Part shown: piece after piece, positions 1 to 13,339 of the stretch
How the letters are laid out: each line of letters opens with the position of its first letter
Position numbering within the stretch: position 1 is the stretch's first letter
NCBI RefSeq assembly: GCF_001194135.2
Contig: NC_068984.1
Span: 11,525,022 to 11,589,021 of the forward strand
Direction: 5' to 3'
DNA: 64,000 bases
DNA from: Octopus bimaculoides
Taxonomy: Eukaryota
Notes under the pieces: generated by a model
The model's input: the letters and a program-made list of their open reading frames with translations, nothing else
Databases searched by the model: none
Told to the model about the DNA's origin: nothing
Position numbers and translations under genes: made by a program

Positions 1-58
1 GTTACACCACTAAACCATGGCAATCCAAAGTAGGCTCTTTGGAACCAGAAAGTATTAT

Positions 59-398
59 AGGTGCAGGTGTGACTGTGTGGATGAACCCATATGGCTCTGG
101 GTTCATCTCACTGTGTGACACCTTAGGCAAGTGTCTTCTACTATAGCCTCAGGCAAACAAAGCCTTGTAAGTGGATTTGGCAGACAGGAACTGAAAGAAG
201 CCTGTAGTGTGTTTGTGTCCCACCACCACATGGTAACTGGTGTTGGTGTGTTTACATTCCTGTAACTCAGTGGCTCAGCAGAAGAGACTGATAGAATAAG
301 TACCAAGCTTTAAAAAAGTACTGAGGTCGATTCATTTGAGTAAAATACTTAAAGTTGGGGCCCCAGCATGGCTGCAGTCCAATGACTGAAACAAGTAA
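59..398 (+). mobile_element. tRNA-derived SINE family with central (CA/TG)n core
   Basis: A/B-box-like head (GTGACTGTGTGG...GGTTCATCT), shared body GGCAAGTGTCTTCTACTATAGCC...GTGGATTTGG. Homologous copies occur across the window. Confidence 0.75.
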
Positions 399-828
399 GT
401 TGCGACTCACATTAGAATACTTCTTCCAGGAATTTAACCTTTGGAACTCTTCCCTTGCTCACATATTCTCTACAAAGTTCAAGATGAACATCAGTTGATT
501 TGACATCATCAGTCTGGAATGGTCTGGAAAAACTGAGTGTGGTCCTTCCTATCAAAACTAAATAATAGTTTGATTTAGGCACAAAGCCAGTAATTTTGAG
601 GGGCCAGGAGTTAGAGGATGCCATCAAACCTAGTGCTTGATAGGTATTTTTATTTTATTTTATCGATCCTGGACAAATGTAAAGTAAAGTTGACTTTGAT
701 GAGATTTGATCTTAGAATGTTAATAGTCTGAATGACTGCTACAAAGCATTTTTCGGATACTCTAACAATTATGCCAACTCAAGATCTAACCAATCACCAT
801 TTTGAGTGACTGGCAAAAACAATATTTT

Positions 829-1130
829 CATCGTTCGTTCGTTTAACATCTGCCTTCCATGCTAGCATGGGGTTGGACAATTAGACTGAGGACTGGCGAA
901 CCAGATGGCTACACCAGGCTCCAATCTGATTTGGCAGAGTTTCTACAGCTGGATGTCCTTCCTAATGCCAACCACTCCAAGAATGTAGTGGGTGCTTTTA
1001 CGTGCCACCGGCACGAAGGCCAGTCAGGCGGTACTGGCAACGGCCATGCTCGAAATGGTGTATTTTACGTGCCATCTGCACAGGAGCCAGTCCAGCGGCA
1101 CTGGCAACAACCTCGCTCAAATGTCTTTTT
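829..1130 (-). mobile_element. RTE-type SINE/non-autonomous retroelement with (GAT)n tail
   Basis: Shared core GGATGCCCTTCCTAACGCCAACCAC and end CCATGCTAGCATGGGTTGG. At least 10 copies in the window (e.g. 10321-10560, 23722-24110, 27490-27776, 48062-48250, 58690-58957, 61622-61838, 63718-64000). Confidence 0.85.
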
Positions 1131-2185
1131 TTTCCAACGTCCACAAAATCGTAATTCATATTTTTAATTTACTGATTCCATTGAAACATACATAGACATA
1201 TTAAAACAACAATAATCTATAAAGCAACAAAATATTTAACATCAGAAACTATGCATTCCTAAAAAAAATAGTCATTACAATCATTGAATAGATATGAAAT
1301 GTTTTAAGTTGATGCAGCTACCTGCTTAATATTAACTTGCTGTGATGTGGAACAACCTTACTATAAAGTTTTGTCATGCATGCTATAAAGTGAGTGGAAG
1401 ACAGAAAATATTGGGGGTATCAAGACATCTATTTACAGTTAATATTGAGTTGCAATTCTCCCTAAAATAACAATAAAAGCTGAAACAAAACAAATCATGC
1501 GGTTACTGAAATTTTATCAGATATTAATTAGATTTTACAATTATTTTTCATTATATTTCATTCCAAGGAGGGGCAGCAAAGATGCAGAAATAGCGGGCCA
1601 AACTACAAGCATTACAATATTGAGTTTTATCTCTCTATGACATGATTTCAGATCCCACCAAAATCAACTTTTTTTTCATCCTTTCAAGTCAATAAAATAA
1701 GAAGCAGTAATATGTTTGTTTTACATCCAGTTTTCTATGCTGGCATAGGTCATCCGAGTACTTATTTCAGGTTGTATTTTACAACCAAATTCTCTTCCTG
1801 TCATTAACTCTTACCTGTTTTATAAGTAAGGAATTTTATTCTACTACTATGAGACTAAGAACACAGAGCTACAGGATGGAATGTTCACTAAGAATGTAAA
1901 TACAAGTTGTTTACTTTGGCTCAGATGATCTTGTGTGAAGGGGTGTAAAAGACAACTTTAAGCACATGCACAAGACAAAAAACTCTGTCATGTGGTTGGT
2001 GATAGAAAGGACAATCAGCCATAGAAACCAAACAAAACATGAAATGCAAGCAAGATGAGATTCTCCAACCTATCTAGGGTTGGCAGTGCACAGTACCCTT
2101 GAATACCAATCCAATTATGGTGACCCATGCAATCCATACCAGAATAGAAAGTAGATATGAAATTATGATGTCTATATCATCATCA

Positions 2186-2219
<34 letters not shown>

Positions 2220-2259
2220 TTCCATGCATTTTCCATCTCGCATGGAGATGAAAGATAAA

Positions 2260-2727
2260 ACAGTTCTATATTTAAGAGATGAGGAATTATGTACATTATT
2301 TACATTTGACGGATATTTGTCCTCATCTTGTTTGTTGTTAACACAATGTTTCGGCTGATATGCCCTCCAGCCTTCATCAGGTGTCTTGGGGAAATTTCGA
2401 ACCTGGGTTCTCACTCCTAAGGTATTTTTTGATGTTATTATTATTATTCAGGTCACTGCCTGGAATCGGACTCAGAATCTTGGGGTTAGTAACCCACGCT
2501 CTTAACCACTATGCCATATGCCCACGGACATATGGCTACTAACCCCAAGACTCAAGTTCGATTCCAGGCAGTGACCTGAATAATAATAACATTGAAAAAT
2601 ACCTTAGGAACGAGAACCTAGGTTCGAAATTTCCCCAAGACACCTGATGAAGGCTGGAGGGTATATCAGCCGAAATGTGTTAACAACAAACAAGATGAGG
2701 ACAAATATCTGTCAAATGTAAATAATG
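2260..2727. mobile_element. Head-to-head inverted pair of tRNA-headed SINEs
   Basis: 2294-~2490 is the near-exact reverse complement of ~2533-2727. Heads show A-box TGGCATAGTGG and B-box GTTCGATTCC. The right copy has a head deletion. Confidence 0.85.
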
Positions 2728-2855
2728 AAAGATAAAGTTGAGCCTAAGTGAGGGATGAAACTAAATACCATGAGGCACAGGGTCTGTGTCTCCGCTATTT
2801 CTGTTTTTTACACTATTACCTTCTTTATTAATGGTAATAAGGTTTTTTTTAAATA

Positions 2856-4055
2856 TTGGGTTGAAACAAAAGTTCATACCATTTTTCAATTGATGGCATT
2901 TAAAACATGTTTCTTACACGACAGAAGAATACGATATATTTTCTGAAAGGGACATTTCAATGCATTTTCCTACATAATCATTGTGTTTAGTTTACTTCTA
3001 TTGCTTTTACTCTAAAAGTGAAAATGGAGGTAAATGAGATGCATTTTCATAGTTTGATGCTCTTTTATTTCCAGAAAGGAAAGAAGTGCTGTACAACAGC
3101 AAAATAGACATGTGCAGTTTATGGAGATGGTGCCATACTTGAAAGGATAGTTCATAAATGATTCACTTAGTTCAGAAGTGAAAATTTAGATATGGAAAGC
3201 TGTGAAACGTTCTGGCAGCCCTAGAGTTGTTGAGGATGGCCAAATCAGATGTTAATCATAACTAATCCAGATCACATGGAACAAGACATTGCAGAGATTC
3301 TCTACATATCTCATATGAACATTATAAAGCATTTAAAGACCCTTGGATACATGAACTGCATTTCTATCAGTGATTCTCTGTTCAAATATAACAAAAATGA
3401 CCCATTTTTAAAAAGAACGATCACAGGTGATGGAAAATGAATTTTTACAACAATGCGGAAAGGAAAATGTCCTGGAGAGAATGAAATGTACTGCCTTTCA
3501 TCAGTCCAAAAGCTAGTCAATCTCCAAAGAAAGGGATGCTCTCTAATTGGTGGGATTGTAAGAGCATTGTGTATCATGGGTTCCTTCCACAAAATCAAAT
3601 GAATTCAGACAATTATTGTTCCCAGTTAGACTGATTAAAGGAGACAAATGTCTAGAACTGGCCAATTGGAAGGGTGTTATCTCGATTTAGAACAATGCTA
3701 GACTTCATGCTACCTAGCAAGCTTAGCAGAAATTGGCACATCTTGGCCATAATGTCCTACCACACCCAACAAACTCATCTGACCTTGCACCTTTGGATTA
3801 CCATATATTTCAATCTCTACAAAATTCTCTTAAATGGGAAGAACTTCAATTCTTGGAAATACTGTAAAAACAACCTGAACCAGTTCATGACCTAAAAAAG
3901 GTGCCAAGTTCTGGGAGGAAGGGATCATGAAGTTGCCTCAAAGTTGGTAAAAGGTAGCAGAACTAAATGGGACAGATGTATTTGAATAAAGGTATGTACA
4001 AATACCTAAATACTGAAATTTACTTAGAAAATGGTTTACATTTGTTCCAACCCAA
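2856..4055 (+). mobile_element. Full-length decayed mariner (Tc1/mariner) transposon
   Basis: About 30 bp imperfect TIRs (TTGGGTTG(A/G)AACAAA...) flanked by TA. Frameshifted transposase fragments DPFLKRTITGDGK, WWDCKSIVYH, DNARLH and PTNSSDLAPLDYHIFQSLQNSLNGKNF. Confidence 0.9.
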
Positions 4056-6518
4056 TATATTAAAGGAGAATATATATGGTAGTATATGAGAGGTGCACAT
4101 TTTACAAACTTAGAGGGACTGAAAATAAATTTTCCCTGGCAGGATTTGAACACAGAATGTAGAGTTGTAACTAAGTACTGTTGTGTATTTACTTAGATGT
4201 GCTACTTGACTGCTGTATAATAATAATAATGCTTTCTACTGTAGACACAAGGTCTGAAATTTTGGAGGAGGGGGCTGATCAATTGCATCAACCCCGGTAC
4301 TGAACTGGTACTTAATTTATCAACCCCGAAAGGATGAAAGGCAAAATTTGGATGTAAAGGGCCAGAAGAAATGCTGCTAAGCATTTTTTCTGATACACTA
4401 ATGATTCTGCCAGATAATAATAATAATAATAATAACTAATGATGATGACCATAATGATATTTATTTAAATTAATGATAATAGCAAAAAATAATTATAAGA
4501 CAACATCCAAATGCTTAAAAATTCTGTCACACCATCTTTCACCAGTTTATTAACCAAAATTGATTTGAGGTTTCACAGATCGATTAAAATGCAAAAATTG
4601 ATTTTTGATAGACCAATAACTAATTAAATTTCTTAATTCAAATATATTTTTAGTTGACTGTTTAATGCCGATACCCACCCACCCACCTTAAATCACTCTT
4701 TGTTCTACAATACAAATTTCTGGTTTTAAAGTGTTCTAAATTATAAACTTCCCATCAAAATTTAATGTTAATTTATGTATCAAACACCATATTAAAATAT
4801 TGACAAAGTTATTTTACTAAATTCTTCATTTTCAAAATTAACCAAAACAAAGCTAGAGTATTTCAGAGATATGGTAACAAAAGGGTTCAATATATCTCTA
4901 TATTCATCCAAAAACACAAGTGTTTGTATCGACACTAAATGGATAGTCAACAATGCTTTCTCTAAAATTAAAATAATTATTTTCTCTCGACATTAGAAAT
5001 CAATATTGTGGTTGTTATTTAGTTCCAGACAATGTGTATCTATTATTTAATATGTCAGTATGACTTGATGGAGATTGGACGTTATTGCTAGAAGCTGCAG
5101 TGACTGTATAGAGGTTTTTTTGCTGGGTGTTAATATGGTTTTTTAAATACATATAAAACCATTGATATATGACTTATAAACACTTCAAAACTTTCATAAT
5201 TGCTGTTTAATAGAGTTTTTATTACAATTAAACACTTTAAATCACTTTTTCTTTTTTGACATCAAATATTTCATATGAGAAATATTTGTTATAATAACTG
5301 CTTGGTTTTTTTTTTTTGTCTTTTGTTTTACATTTAGAATAGGCCTTCCTCCTTTCCTTTTTGTGTGTAAATGTGTGCACGTCTGTGTGTTCGTAGGCAG
5401 AAATAAACAAATTGAGGCATGAAGAGTGGACTGTTTTATTCTGGGACTCCTATCTTTGAGACATATCTGCTGCACACAGCAGATTGTCTTGAGTATCAAC
5501 ATTCGGGAGGACAATGCAATGTTAGAGAATTACAGAATAGCAATGAGAACCTCATGTGACTTGCTTGTGAGATCAAAGCCTATATTGTTACAGTACATCT
5601 ATTACCATGGTTACACATGCAAGGAGCAGTAGGCCTACAGATATTCCATATCACAATTAATGTAAAAAAAATTAAACAAAAAAACAAGAAGGAAAATGCA
5701 CTAATAGACAATGGTTTGCAAGCAGGAGCTAACTCAACCAGCCATAAACAACGGTTTGCAAGCAGGAGCTAAGTCAACCAGCCATAATACACACTCATAA
5801 ATCTCTATATTTAGACTGGGAGCACTTTAGATTAGTATAACAGTAAAGGTATTTCAATTGTTTGTTGTAGCTAGTTCGTTTCATTTATGCAGTTTATAGC
5901 TTTGGGGAAGGCATGGGTGTGAGTAGGGTTGATTGCCTATCTATATTTATCTCATAATTACTTCTATTTACAGCACTTTTATTATTGTTTTACAGTCCTT
6001 TTAGCATAATAAGCATTCGGTGTTTACATACATTGTTAATATTACTGCATGTATTTGTCAGAGAGGATATTTTTACAGTTGCATATCCAACAGAGTTCTA
6101 ACTACTTGATCATAAAGTAGGAAGAATACTTGTCAACAGTTAGACAAACTTGAATCAAAACGAAATGTAATACCTTTATCTTGGAGCAGTACACATTGGC
6201 TCTGTGTAGGGTTTAAACTCATGACTGTATCATAGCCATAGCGCTGATACACACAAGCACTCACTAATGGAACTGCAGGAGAATACAGTAACAGTTAACT
6301 GGTCCTCCGTTGGTTACAACAATAAGGGTTCCAGTTGATCCAATCAACAAAACAGCCTGCTCGTGAAATTAACACGCAAGTGGCCGAGTACTCCACAGAC
6401 ATGCACACCCTTAACGTAGTTCTCAGGGAGTTTCAGCATGACAAGGAATGTGGCATGGCTGGCCCATTGAACTACAGATACTACTCGTTTTTGCCATCAA
6501 CTATACTCTTTTGCTCTT

Positions 6519-6912
6519 CTACTCTTTTACTTGTTTCAGTCATTTGACTGCGGCCATGCTGGAGCACCGCCTTTAGTCAAGCAAATCGACCCTAGGACTT
6601 ATTCTTTGTAAGCCTAGTACTTATTCTATCGGTCTCTTTTGCCGAACTGCTAAGTTACTGGGACGTAAACACACCACCATTGGTTGTCAAGCGATGTTCG
6701 GGGGACAAACACAGACACACAAACATATACACACACACACACATATATATACACATATACGACGGGCTTCTTTCAGTTTCCATCTACCAAATCCACTCAC
6801 AAGGCTTTGGTCGACCTGAGGCTATAGTAGAAGACACTTGTCCAAGGTGCCACGCAGCAGGAATGAACCTGGAACCATGTGGTTGGTAAGCAAGCTACTT
6901 ACCACACAGCCA
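6519..6912 (-). mobile_element. tRNA-derived SINE, (CA)n-core family
   Basis: Reverse-oriented near-complete copy of the family at 59-398. Further copies near 12520-12806, 12960-13320, 49580-49845 and 56405-56672. Confidence 0.85.
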
Positions 6913-8134
6913 GGTGGAGAATTTCTATGACTTTGCCATCCCCAGTCTTGCAGGAATTAAATAAAAATAGTAGATAGTACTGTCTAAATGGTATAATTTC
7001 TTTCTTTAGTGATCAACTCCCTAAATTTGAATATTTCTGAGAGATATCGTGTGAGCACAAGGAGGATATACCATAGCCCCTCATCATCATCTTACTACTT
7101 CCTTAAACAAATTGTTACTGTACTGCTTAGATCTCGTGTGTCAAGGCCTAATCTCTTACCAACATGATCAAGCCAGGAGGAATGTTTATAGCTAGAAATG
7201 AAACTAATTCATGTTAATTCAAAATTAACTGATCCACAGTGGACTTTATAGCTAATTAAATGCCTTGCTTCTTTTTAAGATAAAAACCATATCTGAGGAC
7301 GACTGTCTTAGTTATCAATTCAGGATAAATTAAATTATTGTAACCTAAACAGTCAACTACTTAGTTAGTTCCTATAAAAAAGGTTTAGTGTGCAAATGAT
7401 TTGCTACTTCTTAAACAACAATATTTAAATTTCAAATATTAATCATAAATGAAACAATGGCTGGTAATAACGAGTAAACTGAAACTTAAACCATAAATTT
7501 AATGCTTGAGACTTAATTACAAATTTAGTTTTACATTGGAGAAAATGCAAAAGATTTTTTAAATTAGTTGCATTTTTATAATAGAATCAAATCATCTATG
7601 TGTAGGAATAATTCTGTTTGTATACAACTAATATAGATATCAGTTGAATCGAAAAATGAATTTGCATAAAAAAAATTACCAAAATGAATATAATTTTGAA
7701 TACTTATTTTAAAGTACTCGACTATAGCTTAAATTGCTGAAATCTAATGACAAAAATGGTGTGACAGAACAGCTACAAAACAAAAGGTTGTCCCACCTCA
7801 ATAAGTCCTTCCAAAATGGTGTGAAGCTGTGGGGAAGATGCAGGGAAGAAATGTTATTAGGATGGTGGTTTTAAAGAACCTACTAAAAAGCAGAGTTGGT
7901 TAAAATTCAATGCCAATAATTTATACTGGTAACTGATTAGAGCTAATATTGAAAAAATATCAAATAGTACAAAAAAATTTTTTTAATTAAATAATAAAAT
8001 GTAAAGTAAGTCGTTAAAGTATGCAATATGAACAAGGAAACAAATACACTAAAACATTGGGTAATGAATTAAATATGAAAAGTAAAAACCCAGTGTTTTA
8101 TTTTAATTTATAGTATAGACATGTAAATATCAGT

Positions 8135-8343
8135 TTCAAATTTTGGCACAAGGCCAGCAATTTTGAGGGAGGGGCTAAGTCGATTACATCAACCCCAGTG
8201 CACAACTGGTACTTATTTTATCGACCCCAAAAGGATGAAAGGCAAAGTTGACCTTGGTGTTATTTGAACCCAGAACATAAAGACGGATGAAATGCCGCTA
8301 AGCATTTTGCCCAGCACAATAACGATTCTGCCAGTTCGCCGCA
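8135..8343 (-). mobile_element. Short tRNA-derived SINE (GGCAGAATCGTTAGC family)
   Basis: A-box TGGCAGAATCG and B-box GGTTCAAATAAC-like on the minus strand. Copies at about 4240-4414, 11160-11355, 24410-24612, 40635-40818, 51911-52169 and 52493-52680. Confidence 0.85.
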
Positions 8344-9417
8344 TTAAACAGACATGAAAATATTAAAATATATTTCAATTCAAGTGTTAAACTAACATTT
8401 AAAAACAAACAGTTAAAATGGATTATATAAGCTTCTAAATAAATCAATCAGGGAAATTTAAAATTAAATTGAGTAAACTTGAATTTACAAAAAACCCTAT
8501 TTAACAATATAAGTATTATTTGTTTTTCTGCCAAGTTGTTTTCATCATAAATGAAAACAGTGAGAGGCAAAAAAGAATTTAATTAAATGTTTTTCAAAAA
8601 TTTAAATTATAATCAATAAAACATTCTAGCCTTTTATCAAACTTTGATTGATGTTTTCCCATTTTAGTTTCCTCCCACCTGACAACATACTACTTTATAA
8701 AAATCAGTCGACTGATCTTAACAATTAAAAGTTTCAAATCAGTGAAAAACAAAATTGCAACAACCACGAATTTAAATTCCCATTTATAGTCAGCTAATTT
8801 TTTTTTTTTTTAGCTCAGTGTTTTTAACTTAATATATTTTAGCTTAATATATCTATTATATTGGCCCAATCTACTTTATTTTAGCATTTGACTATTTTAG
8901 ATCATAATTCTTAGAAGTAAAAGGAAAGTAAAATTAGAAACTAGTGATCAGAAGATATACTAGAAACTATATGAACTTCGAATATTAATATTTATACATA
9001 ATTTAAATTCACTGAATAATGAAAGCATTATTGGCACTGAATATTAGCACATTATACAGCAATCTAGTGAGTACTGAAGTAACTAAAGTACATATTCAAT
9101 AAGCTAGGTACAACTTACATGCATATTTCAACATTGGCAATACACATGCAGGTTTTTAAATTAAAGTACAGTCTAGTTAGTCTAAGGTCAAAGTGTGGAT
9201 TAAGTACAAGGGCTTTAGTTCAAATAATTTACAAAAAAAAACAAAGTATCAAGTTATTGCTATGTGCATGTGTTTATTAAAATAAACACACACACACACA
9301 TACATACATACATTTCATTTCAACAAAAAAAGATTAAATTAAAATAAAAATAAATTTAAAATCAAATAAAACTCAAAGTGAACGAGAACATAATCTAAAT
9401 CTCATAACTTGAAATAC

Positions 9418-9518
9418 CTTTAAAGACTTGAGATATTTCTGTGGGTGGATTACCAATAAATCATCTTCTGAAGCTTCTACTGGTTCCACAGTGGTGTCAT
9501 CTTGAAGGAACTTTTCAT
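9418..9518 (-). CDS. HDAC11: HDAC11 coding exon 3
   Basis: 101 nt, (D)EKFLQDDTTVEPVEASEDDLLVIHPQKYLKSLK, matching HDAC11 VEAxEASxxDLLVVHxxxYLxxLK. ttttctag acceptor, AAG|GTATTT donor, phase 1 to 0. Confidence 0.93.
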
Positions 9519-10853
9519 CTAGAAAATAACATTAAATCATTTTGATTGAATAGTAAGTAAAACAACTGACAAATTGTATAATAGCATTAATTGGACATTT
9601 TCTTCATGTTGGGATAAATCTGATAGTAATCTTTGTAAATAGAAAACCACCATTGTCATAAACAAAAATAAATGTCCAGATTTTCAGTTCAAACTCTCAT
9701 ACAGCTGAATTGATTTAACTAGGACAAACAGAAGTACCAATTTGCTACTTGGCTGTGAACTCCTCCATAACAGCTCGAATGACTGATGCGAAGAGAAGTG
9801 GGCTGAAAAATAAGGTGACACCAGTGTCTGCCATGACAACAGCAACAACCGCAGCAAAAAAAAATAACAACTGGAAATGACATTAGTTCTCTTCCACTAT
9901 GTTTGGCGGGTTAACATTTTGGGGTATAGACTGTGAGACTAACACCTTACTTTTAAACATCGATACACACACACACACTCACACACACACAAAACTACTC
10001 GTTTAAACAAAGATGCATGCATGTATACACATAAATATGCACCTTAAAAGATACATTCTTATATATATNNNNNNNNNNNNNNNNNNNNNNNNNNNNNNNN
10101 NNNNNNNNNNNNNNNNNNNNNNNNNNNNNNNNNNNNNNNNNNNNNNNNNNNNNNNNNNNNNNNNNNNNNNNNNNNNNNNNNNNNNNNNNNNNNNNNNNNN
10201 NNNNNNNNNNNNNNNNNNNNNNNNNNNNNNNNNNNNNNNNNNNNNNNNNNNNNNNNNNNNNNNNNNNNNNNNNNNNNNNNNNNNNNNNNNNNNNNNNNNN
10301 NNNNNNNNNNNNNNNNNNNAAAAGACACCATTTTGAGTGTGACCATTGCCAGTACTGCCTGACTGGCCCTCGTGCCGGTGACACGTAAAAGCACCCACTA
10401 CACTCTCGGAGTGGTTGGCGTTAGGAAGGGCATCCAGCTGTAGAAACTCTGCCAAATCAGATTGGAGCCTGGTGTTGCCATCCGGTTTCACCAGTCCTCA
10501 GTCAAATCATCCAACCCATGCCAGCATGGAAAGCGGACGTTAAACGATGATGATGATGATGGGTCTTCTTCTCAAGCACGACATAATGCCAAAGGTCTTG
10601 GTCATTGCCTCCATGAGGCCCAACACTCAAAAGGAAGTCAGCCACTTTGCCTCCGTGAGTCCCAACATTCAAATGTATTCTACTAAAGCCATGGGCTGGC
10701 CAATGCCTTATGAGTGGATTTGGTAAATAGCAACTGAAGAGAACCATTGTGTATGTGTGCGTGAGCATGAGTGTGTGTGTGTGTGTGTATGATGATATAC
10801 GTGTGTTCATGTGTNNNNNNNNNNNNNNNNNNNNNNNNNNNNNNNNNNNNNNN

Positions 10854-10887
<34 letters not shown>

Positions 10888-12241
10888 TATATCTCTTTGT
10901 AATGACATCACAATAGTTGTATATGATCGTTACTGAACTCAGAATGTAAAAACAGATGAAATGCCATCAAGTATTTTGCCTAGTGTGCTAAATGATTCTG
11001 CCAGCTCACTGCTTTATTGAGCTTACATTAGTTAGAAATGAAGCATGAATGCATCAGAAAACTTTCAAGAAAAAAATCTAATTACTACAGGAATTATGGC
11101 TTCAAAACAGGACATTTATCTTTGAAGTCTGTTACCCAATGAAATATTAAATATTGGTCGCAAATTTCAGGGAGAGGGTAGGGGCTAAGTTGATTATCTC
11201 AACCTCACTGCACAACGGCACCTATTTTATTGACCCCCAAAAGGATGAAATTTGAAGTTGACCATGGCAGAATTTGAACTCAGAATGTAGAGACAAACAA
11301 AATGTCACTAAGCATTTTGCCCAGCGTGCTAACGATTCTGCCAGATTGCCACCTTAACGAAGCATTAAATATTAACAGATATTTCGTGTATAAAAAGGGA
11401 TTTTATGAGACTCGAACTACTGAATTAATTACTTGGAAACTTTTGTAATAAAATCTAACAATTCTAATGTGAAGGCACACAGCTTAATGGTTAGGGTGTT
11501 GCAACCATGATCACAAGATCATGGTTGCAATTCTGACACTAAGCAGTGCACTGTGTTCTTGAGCAAAACACTTCATTTCACATTGTTCCAGTCCATTCAG
11601 CTGTAAACAACTTCCAACAATAGCTAGGAAGTTAACTCTGTGATGGAGTGGTGTTCCATCCATGGTGGGGGNNNNNNNNNNNNNNNNNNNNNNNNNNNNN
11701 NGGGGGGGGGGGGGGGGGGCAGTCATTTAATATGAAACTGCCCTGGCCTTTTGAGTTTCTAGGGTTCATGAGAGACCGAAAAATAGAATCCTAAAATTAT
11801 AGATTTTAACGAAAGGAAATTAACATAAAACATTTTTTGTTTGTTATACTTGGGGATGGTAGTTTGTTTCCTCTTCTCTCTTATCTTACACAAACAACAG
11901 ATATTCATTGAAAAGGTCACAGAATGTGTAATGAAAGAACTCTAATAAATAAACTAAAAATAATAATAAAGCTGAAGTGAAGATCAAATAAACAGTGCAT
12001 GTGTTTGTTGAAAAAAATGAGCATTCACAAATAAAACAATACCTATTTTGACATGATCTCACATCAAGAACCTCCCAAAACAAATACATAAGCATGGTTA
12101 TTTTGTTTATTTTTACTTTGACTGGAATACTTTTTTTTTTAAAACTTGCTTAGAAAAAAAATTTAGAATAAAAAATGATTTTAGATACGATTTAAGAAAT
12201 AAAAATATAACATTTGCTAAGTTTTAATTTTACAAACTTAC

Positions 12242-12393
12242 CTTTGAGAAATTTGTGTATTTTACCCCATTTTCCAGCATCGAAAGGGTGTAATTTTTCA
12301 AAGTACATAAAGCTGATGTTGTAATGAGATGAGTATATGATAGGCCATTTGTAATCAGGAATCTCAATAAATAATTTGGAATTATTGATTCGA
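12242..12393 (-). CDS. HDAC11: HDAC11 coding exon 2
   Basis: Translates SKLFIEIPDYKWPIIYSSHYNISFMYFEKLHPFDAGKWGKIHKFLK, matching the HDAC11 N-terminal WPIVYSxxYNIxFxxxEKLHPFDAGKWGK motif. Pyrimidine tract + AAG acceptor, G|GTAAGT donor, phase 2 to 1. Confidence 0.95.
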
Positions 12394-13339
12394 CTTGAAG
12401 AAGAATAGAAAATAGAAAAAGAGTTTAACAATTTTAACATTACATATATATTTATGTAATTTTAACATTATATAAATATTAACATTATATAATTATATCT
12501 TGAAGAATTTTTAGCCTTGTACTTTTTTTTTTTTAAAGCCTGGTACTTATTCTATTGATCCCTTTTGCTGAGCTGCTAAGTTATGGGGGACAAACACACC
12601 AACACCAATTGTTAAGTGGTGGTGGGGAACTAATACAGACACACACATATACAACGGGCTTAATTCAATTTCCATCAACCAAATCTACTCACAAGGTTTT
12701 GGTCGGCCCGAGGCTATATTAGAAGCCACTTGCCCAAGCTGCCATGGAGTGGGACTGAACCCAGAAGGGAAGCAAGCTTCTTACCACACAGCTACACCTG
12801 TGCCATGTAAAAAAGCACTCAGTCCACTCTGTGGAGTGGTTGGTGTTAGGAAGGGCATCCAGCTGTAAAAACCCTGCCAAAACAGTCACAGAAGTCTGGT
12901 ACAGGCTTCTGCCTGGCGACACAGGTCACAGTTTTTAAAAGAGGCCACTTACCATAATCTTTTATTCTTTTACTTGTTTCAGTCATTTGACTGCGGCTAT
13001 GCTGGGGCACTGTCTTAAAGGGTTCTAGTTGAAGAAATCGACCCCAGGACATATTCTTTGTAAGACTAGCATTTATTTTATTGGTCTCTTTTGCCGAACT
13101 ATTAAGTTACGGGGGAAATAAAAACACCAGCATTGGTAGTCAAGCAGTGGCGGGAGGGGGTAAAAAAACACAGACACACATATATATGACAAGCTTCTTT
13201 CAGTTTCTGTCTAACAAATCCACTCACAAGGCTTTGGTTGGACCAAGGTTATAGTAGAAGGCATTTGCCCAAGATACAATGCAGTGGGACTGAACCTTGA
13301 ACCATGTGGTCAGGAAGCTGTACTGATACAGGAGGATAG

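Noticed and set aside
412-627. ORF TDDVKSTDVHLELCREYVSKGRVPK as HDAC11 exon 4
   Set aside because: Open only in phase 2 whereas phase 0 is needed. No HDAC11 similarity.
2460-2580. tRNA gene
   Set aside because: A/B boxes belong to SINE heads, with no complete cloverleaf. The same applies to other SINE heads.
7160-7191. 32 nt minus-strand segment with ttctag / TTG|GTAAGA
   Set aside because: Length and peptide do not fit HDAC11 exon 4. Cannot be supported without RNA data.
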